Shown here: positions 37,005-50,360 of the stretch, piece after piece
How the letters are laid out: the number at the start of each line of letters is the position of its first letter
Numbering within the stretch: position 1 is the first letter of the stretch
Source of the DNA: Mobula hypostoma
Taxonomy: Eukaryota
DNA: 64,000 nt
Assembly: GCF_963921235.1 (NCBI RefSeq)
Contig: NC_086097.1
Location: 170,192,001 to 170,256,000 of the forward strand
Reading direction: 5' to 3'
Notes under the pieces: generated by a model
Told to the model about the DNA's origin: nothing
The model's database searches: none
The model's input: the letters and a program-made list of their open reading frames with translations, nothing else
Translations under genes and position numbers: made by a program

Positions 37005-38048
37005 TCACAAGGATGCGTGCTTAGCCCACTGCTCTACTTTCTCTAGATTCACGTCTGTGTGCCAGATGGAACCTATAAATTCACAACTATTGTTGGCACA
37101 ATCCCAGTTGGTGAATGAGGAAGCGTACAAGAGTGAGACAGATCAGCTGGTTGAGTGGTGTTGCAACAACTACCTTGAACTCTGCGTCAGTAAGACCAAG
37201 GAATTTATTGTGGGCTTCAAAAAGGGAGAACATGTCATGCCTGACTGAAGGAGTCAGCAGTGGAAAGAGTGAGCAGCTTCAATTTCCTGAGCTTCAACAT
37301 CTCAGAGGATCTATCCTGAGCCTAAAATATTAATGTATTCATGAAGGAAGCACACGGGCAGCTATACTTTATTACGAGCTTCAGAAGATCTGGTACGTCA
37401 CCAATGTACCGTGGAGAACATTCTGAGTGGTTGAATCACCACCTGGTATGTAGGCTCCAATCATGGGGCACCCTCACTATTTAGTCATTAGATAGACACT
37501 CTCTTGATATTACTGCCGTCAGGAAGGAGGTACAGGAGCCTAAAGGAGCACATTCAACATTTTAGGGAAAGCATCTTCCCTTTTGTCATTATTTTCCATT
37601 AATCCATAAATACTGAACCCATTAACCCATTAACACAGAACAGTCCAAGCCTATAAACACAGAACAGTCCGAGCCCATAAACACTGAACAGTCTGAGCCC
37701 ATAAACACTGAACAGTCCTAGCCCACAAATACTGAACCCATGAACCCATAAACGTTGAACAGTTTGAGCCCATAAACACAGAACAGTCCGAGCCCGTAAA
37801 CACTGAACAGTCCTAGCCCACAAATACTGAACCCATGAACCTATATACATTGAATAGTCTGAGCCCATAAACACTGAACAGTGTGAGCCCATAAACATGG
37901 CCTCACTATTTTGTTCACTTTTTGCAGTATTTATTTATTTTTATGTATTTCTTATTGTATTTAAAACAATTCTTTATATCTTTCACTGTACTGTTGCCAC
38001 AAAACAAGTTTCACAACATTTGTACATGATAATAAGCCTGATTCCTGA
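37005..38048 (+). mobile_element. Rex1/Babar 3' portion containing a minisatellite
   Basis: QGCVLSPLLY, LVEWCCNNYLELCVSKTKEFIVGFKK; tail AATAAGCCTGATTCCTGA. Confidence 0.8.
37603..37897 (+). repeat. 24-bp minisatellite (CCCATAAACACTGAACAGTCYGAG) with periodic 15+8-nt variants
   Basis: About nine full units and three variant blocks read directly. Confidence 0.95.
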
Positions 38049-38417
38049 AATCACATTAAAGCTATTTGTGGTTTTGTTTAACATTCTGCATTGACTCTAA
38101 ATTTTCAAGCAAACGTTGAATCCAGCATCAATTGAGAATGATATAAATTCGATGTTCAGTTTTCCGACTGGATTCCAATTTGAAGATTCTACCTCAGACT
38201 TTGGATGAACACTATATAAAACCACTGGCAAATTGATTTATTATAGTCAGATGTACCAGGGTACAGTGAAAAATTTTGTTTTTCATGCCGTTCATACAGA
38301 TTATTTCATCACATTAGTACACCAAGGTAGTACAAGGGAATTGGACCAACAGAATACAGAATAGTGTTAAATTTATGAAGTGCAGTGCAGGCAGACAATA
38401 AGATGCAGAGCCATGGG

Positions 38418-39850
38418 AAACAAGAGAAAATCTGCAGATACTGGAAATCCAATCAACACACACAAAATGTTGGAGGAATTCAGCATGCCAGGCAGCATCT
38501 ATGGAAAGAGTAAACAGTCAATGTTTTGGGCCAAGACCCTTTATCAGGACTGGAGAAAAAAAGATGAGAAGTCAGAGTAAGAAGGTGGGGGAGGGGAGGA
38601 AGGAACACAAGGTGATAGGTGAAACCGGGAATGGGAGGGGTGAAGTAAAGAGCTGAGAAGTTGATTGGTGAAAGAGATACATGGCGGGAGAAGGGGGAAT
38701 CTAAAAGGAGAGGAAAGAAGGCCATGAAAGAAAGAAAAGGGGGATGAGCACCAGGGGGAGGTGATGGGCAGGTGAGGAGATGAGGGAAATGGGAAGGGGG
38801 AGTGGTGAGGGGGGGCATTACTACAAGTTCAAGAAATCGCTGTTCATGCCATCAGGTTGGAGGCTGCTCAGATGGAATATAAGGTGTTGCTCCTCCACCC
38901 TGAGTGTGGCCTCATCACTACAGTAGAGGAGGCCATGGACTGACATGTCGGAATGGGAATGAGAAGCAGAATTAAAATGAGTGGCCACTTAGAGATCCCA
39001 CTTCTTCTGGTGGATGGAGCTAGGTGAAGTGGTCTCCCAACCTATGTCAGGTTCCACTGATATGCAGGAGGCCACAGTTCTGGTGTCCAGAAAGAAACAA
39101 TTAGCTTTGAGGCCTTCCTGGTGGAGGATGGAGGTGTCTTTGGACTGGATATTCATAGTGAAAGTGAGATGATGGGAATCAGGGAACTTGAAATCATTGA
39201 CAAGATTAAGAGCATGTGAAGTGTCACAGATGTAGGTAGGAAGGGACTGAACCATGGGAGATAAAACTGAGTCAAGGTATCAGCTATGAGTTCAGTGGCG
39301 CAGGAACAAGCTGAAAGAATGGGTCTACTTGGACAAGGTTTGTGGATCTTGGGTAGGAGGTAGAAATGGGAGGTGCGGGGTGAGGGAACTGTGAGATTGG
39401 TGGCAGTGGATGGGAGACCTCCAGAGTTAATAAAGTCAGTGATGGTGTGGGAGACAATGGCCTGGTGCTTCTTAGTGGGATACTGTTCCGGGGTAAGTAA
39501 GAGGAGGTGTGTGACAGTTATCACTGGGCTCCAGCAAGTTAGAAGTCAGCCTTTCAGATTACTACAGCACCTCTCCCCCCCCCCCCCCACACTTATCTCT
39601 GGGTTTGATGGTGAGGTTACAATTAGTGCGCAGAGAGTGGTGAGTAGTGCGTTTGGAAGGAGAACGGTTGGAATTGGAGAGAGGAGTGGTGAAGTCGAGA
39701 AGGTTGATGTCCACGTTGGTAGTTAGAAATGAAAAGATACAGAGCAGGTAGAAGACCAGAGCAGGGTGTCCAGGAAGAGGAGGAGGGTTGAAGATGGGAG
39801 AAGGCATCAGCAGTGAGGGGTGGAGATCCTTGCCAAAGAAGTAGGCACAG
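38418..39850 (-). mobile_element. Penelope-like element, internally deleted (RT fragment, GIY-YIG end, pseudo-LTR)
   Basis: LTIKPRDK.GG, PRTSHFYLLPKIHK..PSRPILSACSC, VQSLPTYICDT, FTMNIQS; decayed hammerhead motif at 38515-38552. Confidence 0.88.
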
Positions 39851-41068
39851 AGGCAGAGGCAGCAGAAGAAGAACTCAGTATCTTGGTCAGCGTCATGACA
39901 AGGTAGATTGTGAGGTCAAGAGTCTATCCTATCATACTATATGCAATAGTGGGATAGAAGCTGTCTTTAGGCCTGGTGATACGTGTTTTATTCTTTTGTA
40001 TTTTCTGCCTGATGAGAGAGGGGAAAAGAGAGAATATCGGAATGGGTAGTGTTATGTATCCACGGGGCAAAAGTAACAATAGAGTGGTACAATTAAACAT
40101 TTTTACTGAGTCACATTAGTAACGGTACATGCTGGATAACTTACAGTTGGAAGCAATGAAGAAAAGACAAACTACTCACAAATGGGGCCAAAAGAGAGAG
40201 TGACTCCCACATGTAAAAGACCCAATTGATTTACTATGTGATAGATCTGCTGCACGTACACACTTACCACAATCTTGTCATTGGTCTGATATGGTCCATT
40301 CCTCCCCCACCCCCCAGTTGAGAACCACAGAGGAAGAGAATAAGTGAAGTAAACGGAGAAAAATGATGAAATATCTATCCTGCTTGGTAGTGATCAACTG
40401 GCTCGTGCAACATTATGGACCTCCACAGGAAGGCAGCTTTCTTCTCTCTGCCCTTCTGGTTAGTTGATGTCAACGGCAGTGGACCGTGAATTGCCTCTTC
40501 TCTTGACGAAGCATCTATTGGTGCATTTGCTGGGACGCTGGCTTCATCAGCAGAGAATATTTCTGTAGCTTCCCTGCGTCCCCTGTTAAATAGATTACAT
40601 GGATCATCCAAATCTCACTTAGCAATTTGTCCAATTGTCAGCTCAAATTCTGCTAATTGTCTGTGACAAACCTGGATGACAACTGGTAGTGGGTTTTCTT
40701 CCTGCAATATGCGTGTGTAGACCTTGTCTCTGGCACCAAACAGTTGCGGTCTGGGGTGCATATTTTATTCTTGTTTTATTGGCTCTTGTTTTCCACAAGT
40801 TCTTTGTGTTTCACATCTGCTCTCTGTAGTCGGTCAAGTTCTTCAGCTTAAGGGCCGAGCAAATATGTCACTGGGCGGGCCTAGAGAAATCTTCATCTGG
40901 TGGTTCTCCTTAAACTCAAACTTTACTGCAGACCACAGTATTGACTCAAAGTATCAGCTTGGAAAACCAGCTGTTGCCTTTGTAATAGAGAATTCAAAGT
41001 TGGGCTTCCCAGTATAGTTGATGCATGAGAGCACCAATTGCTGCTTCTAATCCAATTTCTGTCCAATA

Positions 41069-42304
41069 AGAGGTTACTAGGAAAGTTGACAAGGGTAAAG
41101 TGATGGATGTTGTCTATATGGACTTCAGTAAGGCCTTTGTCAAGGTTCCACACGGAAGGTTAGTTAGGAAGGTTCAATCGTTGGGTATTAATTTTGAAAT
41201 AGTAAAATGGATTCAGCAGTGGCTGGATGGGAGACGCCAGAGAGTAGTAGCGGATAACTGTGTGTTAGATTGGAGGCCAGTGACTAGTGGTGTGCCTCAG
41301 GGATCTGTAGTGGGTCCAATGTTGTTTGTCATATATATTAATGATCTGGATGATGGAGTGGTAAATTGGATTAGTAAGTATGCAGATGATACTAAGACAG
41401 GTGGAGTTGTGGATAATGAAGTAGGTTTTCAAAGCTTGCAGAGAGATTTAGGCCAGTTAGAAGAGTGGGCTGAAAGATGGCAGATGAAGTTTAATGCTGA
41501 TAAGTGTGAGGTGCTACATTTTGGTAGGACTAATCAAAATAGGACTTACATGGTAAATGGTAGGGCATTGAAGAATGCAGTAGAACAGAGGGATCTAGGA
41601 ATAATGGTGCATAGTTCTCTGAAGGTGGAATCTCATGTGGATAGGGTGGTGAAGAAAGCTTTTGGTATGCTGGCCTTTATAAATCAGAGCATTGAGTATA
41701 GGAGTTGGGACGTAATGTTGAAATTGTACAAGGCATTGATAAGGCCAAATTTGGAGTTTTGTGTACAGTTCTGGTCACCGAATTATAGGAAAGATGTCAA
41801 CAAAATTGAGAGAGTACAGAGAAGATTTACTAGAATGTTACCTGGGTTTCATCTCCTAAATTACAGAGAAAGGTTGAACAAGTTGGGTCTTCATTCTTTG
41901 GAGTGTAGAAGGTTGAAGGGGTAATTGATAGAGGTGTTTAAAATTATGAAGGGGATTGATAGAGTTGACGTGGATAGGCTTTTTCCATTGAGAGTGGGGG
42001 AGATTCAAACAAGAGGACATGAGTTGAGAGTTAAAGGGCAAAAGTTTAGAGGTAACATGAGGGGGAACTTCTTTACTCAGAGAGTGGTAGCTGTGTGGAA
42101 TGAGCTTCCAGCAGAAGTGGTTGAGGCAGGTTCGATGTTGTCATTTAAAGTTAATTTGGATAGCTATATGGACAGGAAAGGAATGGAGGGTTATGGGCTG
42201 AGTTCAGGTCGGTGGGACTTTGTGACAGTAAGAATTCGGCATGGACTAGAAGGGCCGAGATGGCCTGTTTCCGTGCTGTAATTGTTATGTGTTTATATGG
42301 TTAT
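41069..42304 (+). mobile_element. CR1 LINE, young, 5'-truncated
   Basis: ORFs 41100-41924 and 41925-42281 (MDFSKAF, GVPQGS, YADDTK); tail TTATATGGTTATA. Confidence 0.95.
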
Positions 42305-44743
42305 ATTATTTTTCCAAATATCGAATGCAAAGCCCATTCTGTAAAAGGGCTGGATGGTTTGGGATTTGTCAAATGTGTGCAAGGTAGTTTTTTGGAGCAA
42401 TACATAGAGGTACCAACAGAGAAGGGGCAGTGTTGGATCTCCTGTTAGGGAATGAGATAGGGCAGGTGACGGAGGTATGTGTTGGGGAGCCTTTGCATCC
42501 AGTGATCACAATACCATTAGTTTCAGTGTAATTATGGAGAAGGATAGGACTGGACCTAGGATTGAGATTTTTGATTGGAGAAAGGCTAACATTGAGGAGA
42601 TGCAAAAGGATTTAGAAGAAGTGGATTGGGACAATTTGTTGTATGGGAAAGATGTAACAGAGAAATGGAGGTCATTTAAAGGTGAAATTTTGAGGGTTCA
42701 GAATCTTTATGTTCCTGTTAAATTGAAAGGAAAGGTTAAAAGTTTGAGAGAGCCATGGCTTTCGAGAGATATTGGAAACTTGGCTCGGAAGAAGAGAGGG
42801 ATCTTCAATCAATAAATATAGGCAGCTTGGAGTTAATGAAGTACTCGAGGAATATAAAGAATGTAAAAAGAATCTTAAGACAGAAATTAGAAAAGCTAAA
42901 AGAAAATACGAGGCTGCTTTGGCAAGTAAGGTGAAAATAAATCCAAAGGGTTTCTACAGTTATGTTAGTGAGGGATAAAATTGGTCCCTTGGAGAATCAG
43001 AGTGGATGGCTATGTGCGGAGCCAAAAGAGATGGGGGAGATTTTGAACAATTTCTTTTCTTCGGGATTCACTAAGGAGATGGATTTTGAATTGTATAAGG
43101 TAAAGGAAACAAGAAGGGTAGTTATGGAAAGTATGACAATTAAAGAAGAGGAAGTACTGGAGCTTTCAAGGAATATAAAAGTGGATAAGTCTCCGGGTCC
43201 AGACAAGATATTCCCTAGGACTTTGAGGGAAGTTAGTGTAGAAATAACAGGGGCTCTGACAGAAATACTTCAAATGTCATTAGAAACGGGGATGGTGCCA
43301 GAGGATTGGCGTATTGCTCATGTGGTTCCATTGTTTAAAAAGGGTTCTAAGAGTAAACCTGGCAATTATCGGCCTGTGAGTTTGACGTCAGTGGTGGGTA
43401 AATTGATGGAAAGTATTCTTAGAGATGGTATATATAATTATCTGGATAGACAGGGTCTGATTAGGAACAGTCAACATGGATTTGTGCGTGGAAGGTCATG
43501 TTTGACAAATCTTATTGAATTTTTTGATGAGGTTACTAAGAAAGTTGACGAGGGTAAAGCGGTGGATGTTGTCTATATGGACTTCAGCAAGGCCTTTGAC
43601 AAGTTTCCACGCAGAAGGTTTGTTAGGAAGGTTCAATCGTTAGGCATTAATATGGAAGTACTAAAATGGATTCAGCAGTGGCTAGATGGGAGAGGTCAGA
43701 GGGTAGTGGTGGATAACTGTGTGTTAGATTGGAGGACGGTGTGTAGCGGTGTGCCTCAGGGATCTGTACTGGGTCCAATGTTGTTTGTCATATATATTAA
43801 TGATCTGGATGATGGGGTGGTAAATTGGATTAGTAAGTATGCAGATGATACTAAGATAGGTGGTGTTGTGGATGATGTAGGTTTTCAAAGCTTGCAGAGA
43901 GATTTAGGACAGTTAGAAGAGTGGGCTGAAAGATGGCAGATGGAGTTTAATGCTGAAAAATATGAGGTGCTACATTTTGGTAGAACTAATCAATATAGGA
44001 CATACATGGTAAATGGTAGGGTATTGAAGAGGGATCTAGGAATAATGGTGCATAGTTCCCTGAAGGTGGAATCTCATGTGGATAGGATGGTGAAGAAAGC
44101 TTTTGGTATGCTGGCCTTTATTAATCAGAGCATTGAGTATAGGAGTTGGGATGTAATGTTGAAATTATATAAGGCATTGGTAAGGCCAAATTTGGAGTTT
44201 TGTGTACAGTTCTGGTCACTGAATTATAGGAAAGATGTCAATAAAATTGAGAGAGTACAGAGGAGGCTTACTAAAATGTTGCCTGGGTTTCATCTCCTAA
44301 GTTACAGAGAAAGGTTGAACAAGTTAGGTCTTTATTCTTTGGAGCGTAGAAGGTTGAGGGGGGACTTGATAGAGGTGTTCAAAATTATGAGGGGGATTGA
44401 TAGAGTTGACGTGGATAGGCTTTTTCCATTGAGAGTGGGGAAGATTCAAACAAGAGGACATGAGTTGAGAGTTAAAGGGCAAAAGTTTAGAGGTAACATG
44501 AGGGGGAACTTCTTTACTCAGAGAGTGGTAGCTGTGTGGAACGGGCTTCCAGCAGAAGTGGTTGAGGCAGGTACGATGTTGCCGTTTAAAGTTAAATTGG
44601 ATAGATATATGGACAGGAAAGGAATGGAGGGTTACGGGCTGAGTGCAGGTTGGTGGGACTAGGTGAGAGTAAGAGTTTGGCACGAACTAGAAGGGCCAAG
44701 ATGGCCTGTTTCCGTGCTGTAATTGTTATAGGGTTATATGGTT
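42305..44743 (+). mobile_element. CR1 LINE, young, truncated within the endonuclease region
   Basis: FPNI...SDHN; 566-aa ORF 42962-44662 with the RT domain (KSPGPD, NYRPVSLTS, YADD); tail GTTATAGGGTTATATGGTTA. Confidence 0.95.
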
Positions 44744-46029
44744 AATTAGGCCATTGGCCTCCCCTGACTACATGCATAGTTAAGTGAAACGGGTGCTCCT
44801 GGTAAACCTCTTCTGCTGTAAAGACGTCATGCATGCCAACACTATCTCCAATGTAGCTGCAGAATACTAAGTTCAGCAGTTGTAATTTTGGAATTAGGTA
44901 TAAGCTAATTCACTTAACAAGGTAATGCTGACTCTGCATCCAACTCAAGTTTCATGGGCTGGTTGTGCTCTATATGTGTAACCAAGTACGGTCGGTGGCT
45001 AATGTCATGGGTTTGGAAAATATGCTCACTTCTTCATTTCGGCTGACTACTTGGAGTTGAGGTTGAGTTACGTTGTTTTCTCATGGCAAGTTCTTAAGTG
45101 AAGCACACCTTCTTGAGGAGTCCTATCCTTAGACAGAACTGGCAGACTACTTTTTGATGCTTGCAGTTGGACCATAGGGTATAACTTTCGCCACAGCAAT
45201 GGCATCTCTGTGGAGACGGTAAGCTGTGCATCAACATCCGCTGGCAAACTGACATTTTCAGGAGGGGGTTGAAAATGCATAAGGCCTCTCTTGACTGCCT
45301 CTTGGTCTTGAACTGTGCGGGATGTTTTGTTCAAGGACAAATTGTACTTGTCAGACAGGAGTCTCACCTGTGTCCTCCCAACTTGGACTCCAACAATCAG
45401 AAGCATTCCTTCTTTGAACTCGCTCAGGGGAACACCTTTGTACTTCCATTCCTGCACCGCAAGGATCAGTCTGGTGAAGAAATTCATCTACGTTCTCATT
45501 GGGGTCTGCATAGCTGTGAGTACCTGAAGTGTGCTGTAAGGACATGGTCCTGCATCCCTCAAACATTGTTCAAAACCTCAAATGTTTCTGCCAGTTCAGA
45601 TTTGCTCTGTAGGTGCAGAGCATCGAAGTATTTCTACCTGAGCTCTCCCAAGTGCACATGGAGCAGCTTGAGTTTCATTGCTTCCTCCACTTTTTCCACT
45701 GGTTAAAATTGGTAGGAGTTCGATGTAGTTCAGGAAAGTTTTCCTCTGTTGCAGTTGGTTCCAGGAATCGGTTTTTACCATATTTGTGGCCCAGAATGGA
45801 TTAGGTGTTTGAAATAGAGAGGCCATTCATGTTTTGTTCCTTGTTGCCAAAAAAGTGCTGCATATCCGTGGGCAAGAACGACAACAGAGTAGTATGATTA
45901 AATGTTGTTACTGAGTCATGTTAGCAGCAGTACACACTGGGAAACTTAGTGTGGGAGCAGTGAACCGGGCCTGCCAAGACAAAAAACATATGCACTTAGA
46001 AGTTTTTAAACACAGAATGTGGCAGGAAA

Positions 46030-46360
46030 CTGGAACACATTGCTGGAGGAATTTAGAGGATCAGGGAACATCTGGGGAGGCAAGGAGAGTCAACATTTTA
46101 GTTTGGATCTCCAAGATAGGAAGTCTGTCATCCTTCCCCAGTCTAGCTATTGAACTAGCATCAGCACCACCTACACCTGTCTTTTCATTGGCTTCGTCGA
46201 ACTGTCCTTATTCCACACCTACTCCGGCAACACGCTTCTCTCTCACCTCTTTACACAGGCCTTCACCCCTCTACACCCTCAGTCCTGATGTAGGGTCTCA
46301 ACTTGAAACACTGTCCCTTTGCCTTCGCAGATATTGCTTGACACACTGATTTCTTCTGAC
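46030..46360. mobile_element. Degenerate Penelope pseudo-LTR pieces in inverted arrangement
   Basis: TGCTGGAGGAA...CATCTG at 46041; CAGTCCTGATGTAGGGTCTCAACTTGAAACA at 46280. Confidence 0.5.
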
Positions 46361-46899
46361 TGTTGGCTGCTTGGTTGTCCATTGTACAGCTTCAGATCCA
46401 TCTTTATGGGTTGTCACTTAACTACCTCCAGATCTGGAGAATAAATGTTACCATTGCTTGTGGATGGCCACACCTCATAAGCAAATAACTGACCTTAAGT
46501 TGATTTCTAGTTTTGGAAAAGAAAGTTGCAAGTTCCCATCACTCACTCCGGTATGGTATTGGTATTCATTTATTACTGTCGCATGTATTGAGGTACAGTG
46601 AAAAGCTTTTGTTTATTTCCATGCTATACATAAGTACATATCATGCCATAAATGTGTACATCAAAATGTGCTTCCCTAACCGAGAATCAAATCTGGGCCT
46701 ATCTGCTAACTTCACTCTTGATATTGCTGCCTCTAATGTTTGGAGTTCTGTTCTGCTCCTGGACAATCCAACGGGCAGTAATTGTTTTTCTCTGACACAG
46801 TTATTCTGCTTAATATCTTGAATGTGAATATATTGGTTCATATTTTATGGAAGTGGAAATTATTCAATGAAGGCAGTAAACTCCGAAAACCTTATAGTG

Positions 46900-47490
46900 A
46901 TACAGTCACAGAGTATGGAATCAGGCCCTTCTGCCTGTCTGATTTATACTGACTAAGGTGCTCATCCAGACTAACCCCATTTATCTGCTTTTGGTCCATA
47001 AAATTCTAACCCTTTTCAATCCACGTATTTGATTAAATGTGTTTTAAAGTTGCTTCTGTTCCTGTCTCATCCATTTCCTCTGGCAGCTCATTCTACAAAG
47101 ATACCACCCTTTTGTGTTAGACATTGTCCCTCAAGTTCTTATTAAATCATCCCCTTCTTACGTTAACCCAACACCATTTGGCTCTTGATTCCCCAAACTG
47201 GGGAGAAAAACTGAGTGCATTCACCTAATTTGATGATTTGATATACCTCTACATGATCACCTCTCAGTCTTCCACACTCTGAAGAATAAAGTTCTAGCCT
47301 GTCAGTCCCTCAAGTTGTGGCAGCACCCTTGTAAATCTTTTCTGCATTCTTTCCAGTTTATTATCATCTTTCCTATAGCAGGGTGACCAAATCTGAATGC
47401 AGTATTCCAAGTGCAGCCTTATCAGTGCCTTTGACAACTGTACCATGACCTCCCAACGATTATTTTCAATGTCCTGACTGATGATGCAAA
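46900..47490 (-). mobile_element. Degenerate CR1 3' remnant
   Basis: GGTGACCAAATCTGAATGCAGTATTCCAAGTG (LEYC.Q.WSP-like) and a 3' UTR. Confidence 0.7.
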
Positions 47491-47626
47491 GACTTTAATT
47501 TGTGAGCTATGCTAACTACAGAGGAGTGAGTAAACATCTTACCCTTGTGGACATCTGCCATTCTGACTGCCCTTCTTCACTGAGCACTGGCAGACTAGGG
47601 CTGACACTTTTTTTTATATTTTCTTG

Positions 47627-48488
47627 TGTGACAAGAATACACATAGATTAAGATGTTAGCTGTCCTGTGTGATCAGCAGTTGGTCTGCCACCTGTCTTCA
47701 GGAGAGAGAGAGATAAGGAAAACAATGGAGCAGCATTTGGAGATGTGTAATGAAGGGACAGGAGAGAGAGTAACAGAAGGAGGGAGCTGTCAAGAGCGGC
47801 TCCCCCTTTGAACCCTGAACTGTTTGAAGTGATGGACAGGAGATACCCCAGCAGGGGGATAAAAAGGGACAGTTTCGCTAAGGCAGCACACACACGACAC
47901 CCGAGGTAACAAGACCCTGGAAGCAGTGCGTCTCTCACAAGTCGGTGGGAATTACCGGGTCATAAACGCACAGGGTGGAAAGGCACGATCGGCGGGAACC
48001 TGGTGTGTGTCCACCCTTGCCTGGGTGCCAGGTTCACCGCAGGGAAACGATCGCATCTGGAAACGGAGGGGTCACGGTCGGTGACCTCAGATGACATCAC
48101 AAAGGACTCGCCCGAAAGCTGACTGCGGAGGTCTGTGTGGAAGCTGTGTTGAATATTCATTCATTTTGCTCTCTCTTCTCCCCCCCCACTGTCCATCGCC
48201 ACGGCAGCGATTACTGTGAACTGAACTGAACTAAATTGAACTGAACTTTGCGTCACTTTGAAACTGGTCATTTACCCCTAGACAACGATAGAGCTTGATT
48301 GATCCTGTTATCTTAATTCTGTGTACATGTGTGTTTATCATTGCTGAACTGTTGCATTTATTATCCTTTTGACTAGAGTACTGTGTTGCTTGTTTCTTTA
48401 ATAAAACTTTCTTAGTTCTAGTAATCCAGACTCCAACTGAGTGATCCATTTCTGCTGGTTTGGCAACCCAGTTACGGGGTACATAACA
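47627..48488 (+). mobile_element. Solo LTR (862 bp)
   Basis: TGTGAC...ATAACA termini, 4-bp TSD CTTG (47623-47626 and 48489-48492), TATA-like GATAAAA ~47858, AATAAA 48400-48405. Confidence 0.9.
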
Positions 48489-48489
48489 C

Positions 48490-48800
48490 TTGGAAGTCCA
48501 TTCAGCCCATTGAGTCTATGCCCATTCCACCACTTATTTCCTTGTAACCTACTCCATCAACTACTCCCAGAATCAACCACTCATCTTCCCCCTTGAGGCC
48601 ATTTACTATAGTCAGTTAACTTATCAACCCACATGTCTTTGGGATGTGGGAGGAGGTCAGAGCACTTGGCAAAAACCATACAGTTACAGGGAGAACGTGC
48701 AAACTCCACACAGACAGCACCTGGGCTGAAGATTGAACCCAGATCACTGGACCTCTGAGGGAGTAGCTCCAACAGCTCTGTCTCTGTGCTGCTCTAATCG
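48490..48800 (-). mobile_element. V-SINE-like element
   Basis: GTCTTTGGGATGTGGGAGGA...ACAGGGAGAACGTGCAAACTCCACACAGACAG...GATTGAACCC (V-domain plus B box on the minus strand). Confidence 0.8.
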
Positions 48801-49134
48801 TCTGTTCCACTTTGCCCTCCTGCTGTTTGTCTGATGCCAAGCCACCAGGAACTCACCCTGGCAGTGGTAACAACCCATGCATCACTCTAGCAAACTGCTG
48901 CAACGGGGCAGTGCATTGCAGCCTTTCGGCTTGAGAGGGGGAAAAAATGAGGGTAGGCACAAAGCTGTCAGTTTTATAACCAACACGGAACTGTGTAGAG
49001 TAGTGAATCTACTGTCAGGGTCAGTTATTGCATCCAGTTTTCTTGATGCAGCCGCATTTACATTGATGAGACCCAATGCAGATGGCGGGGGGGGGGGGGG
49101 TTCATCTCATCATGCAGCTTCGCTCTGTCTTCTA

Positions 49135-49757
49135 TAACAGCCAGGATCTCCTGGTGGCCACCCATTTTCATTCAATTTCCTCTTCCCATAGTGACACGTC
49201 TGTCCATGGCCTTTTCATGTGCCAGAGTAAGGCCATCCTCACGTTGGATGAGGAATACCTCATATTCCATCTGGGTTGTCTCTGACCTGATAGCATGAAC
49301 ATTGATTTCTGGAACTTCTGGAAATCACTCCCTTCTGTTTTTTGCTCCTCTACCCACCCCACTTCTTTCTTTTTTGTGCTTTTCCTATTCTCCATTCTGG
49401 TGGCCCTCTCACCCCTTCTCCTCACCTGCCCATCACCTCTCTCTGATTCCCCTCCTTCATCCTTCCCTTTCTTCCATGGTCCCTAGTCCTCTCCTATCAG
49501 ATTCCTTCTCTTTCATCCCTTTACTTCTTTGACTTATCACCTCTCAGTTTCTTACATCATCGCCTCGCCCAACCACCTTCCCCCTCACCTGGTCTCACTT
49601 ATCACATATCAGTTTGTACTCCTCTCTCACATTCTTATTTTGGCTTCTTTCTTCATTTCCAGTACTGATGAAGTTTCTCGGCCCGAAAGGTCAAGTGTTC
49701 ATTTCCCTCCATAGATGCTGCCTGACCTGCTGAGTTTCTCCAGTATTTTGTATGTAC
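49135..49757 (+). mobile_element. Penelope-like element 3' part
   Basis: DLLVATHFHS...LDEEYLIFHLG; pyrimidine tract; hammerhead-like CAGTACTGATGA...GCCCGAAAGGTC at 49660-49697. Confidence 0.85.
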
Positions 49758-49921
49758 AACTCAGAAGTGCTGAAAACAGTGAAGAGAGAAACGTTGTCAC
49801 ATTCAAATGGCTGACAGTGATGGATGTATTAACATATCAGTTGTACATCAGTAATAGCACTCTTCTTTTCAAAGGGGACAGTAGTGGGTTGGGTTTGGAG
49901 CGTAAAAGCCTAGAATGGCTC

Positions 49922-50360
49922 TAGTGCAGTACAGAGTGAGCATTGCCTTTCAGATGAGACCATAAGCTAAAGGCATCTCTCTTCTCTCAGAAGGATGCTG
50001 GAACTCCCATGCCTCTATTTTGAAGGTAGGTGTCGTGACCAGCATTTAACCTTCACTCACACAGCTATCAATCATAAACATGAGAAAGTCTGCAGATCCT
50101 GGAAATCCAAAGCAATGTACACAAAATGCTGGAAGAACTCAGCAGGTCAGGAAGCATCTATAGAAAATGAATAGCTAGTCGACATTTCAGGCTGAGACCC
50201 TTCTTCTGGATTGACAACTATTAGTTGTCAACATCGAGGGAGCTTGCTGTGTGCCTGTTGGCTGCTGGGTTTCCTCTATTACAACAGTGACTGCATTGCA
50301 TACAGCTTTCATTCGTTGCCAAGTTCAAAGGCATGTGGAAGGTGTTATAGCAACGTAAGA
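49922..50360 (+). mobile_element. Deu-domain SINE remnant interrupted by a Penelope pseudo-LTR fragment (50076-50213, minus)
   Basis: GTGCAGTACAGAG...CCTTTCAGATGAGAC...CCCATG; resumes at GGGAGCTTGCTGTGTGC...ATTACAACAGTGAC. Confidence 0.6.

Larger units (their letters stand above)
40050..45960 (-). mobile_element. Ty3/Gypsy LTR retrotransposon, degenerate and internally deleted, split by CR1s
   Basis: Two homologous LTR ends (~40050-40135 and ~45858-45940); PBS-like TGGCAACAAG (45840-45849); gag from 45826; protease end VVRGGQWP|LLDRNWI joined across the CR1s; RT start RPVTY..EELDRL; integrase tail FGARDKVYTR; polypurine tract ~40300-40316. Confidence 0.72.

Noticed and set aside
37603..37897. 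CRISPR-like periodic array
   Set aside because: Units are tandem with no unique spacers, there are no cas genes and the context is eukaryotic; it is a minisatellite.
42962..44662. 566-aa RT ORF as an active or domesticated gene
   Set aside because: 5'-truncated CR1 without a complete endonuclease or ORF1; it has a private in-frame deletion (NAVEQ) relative to sibling copies.
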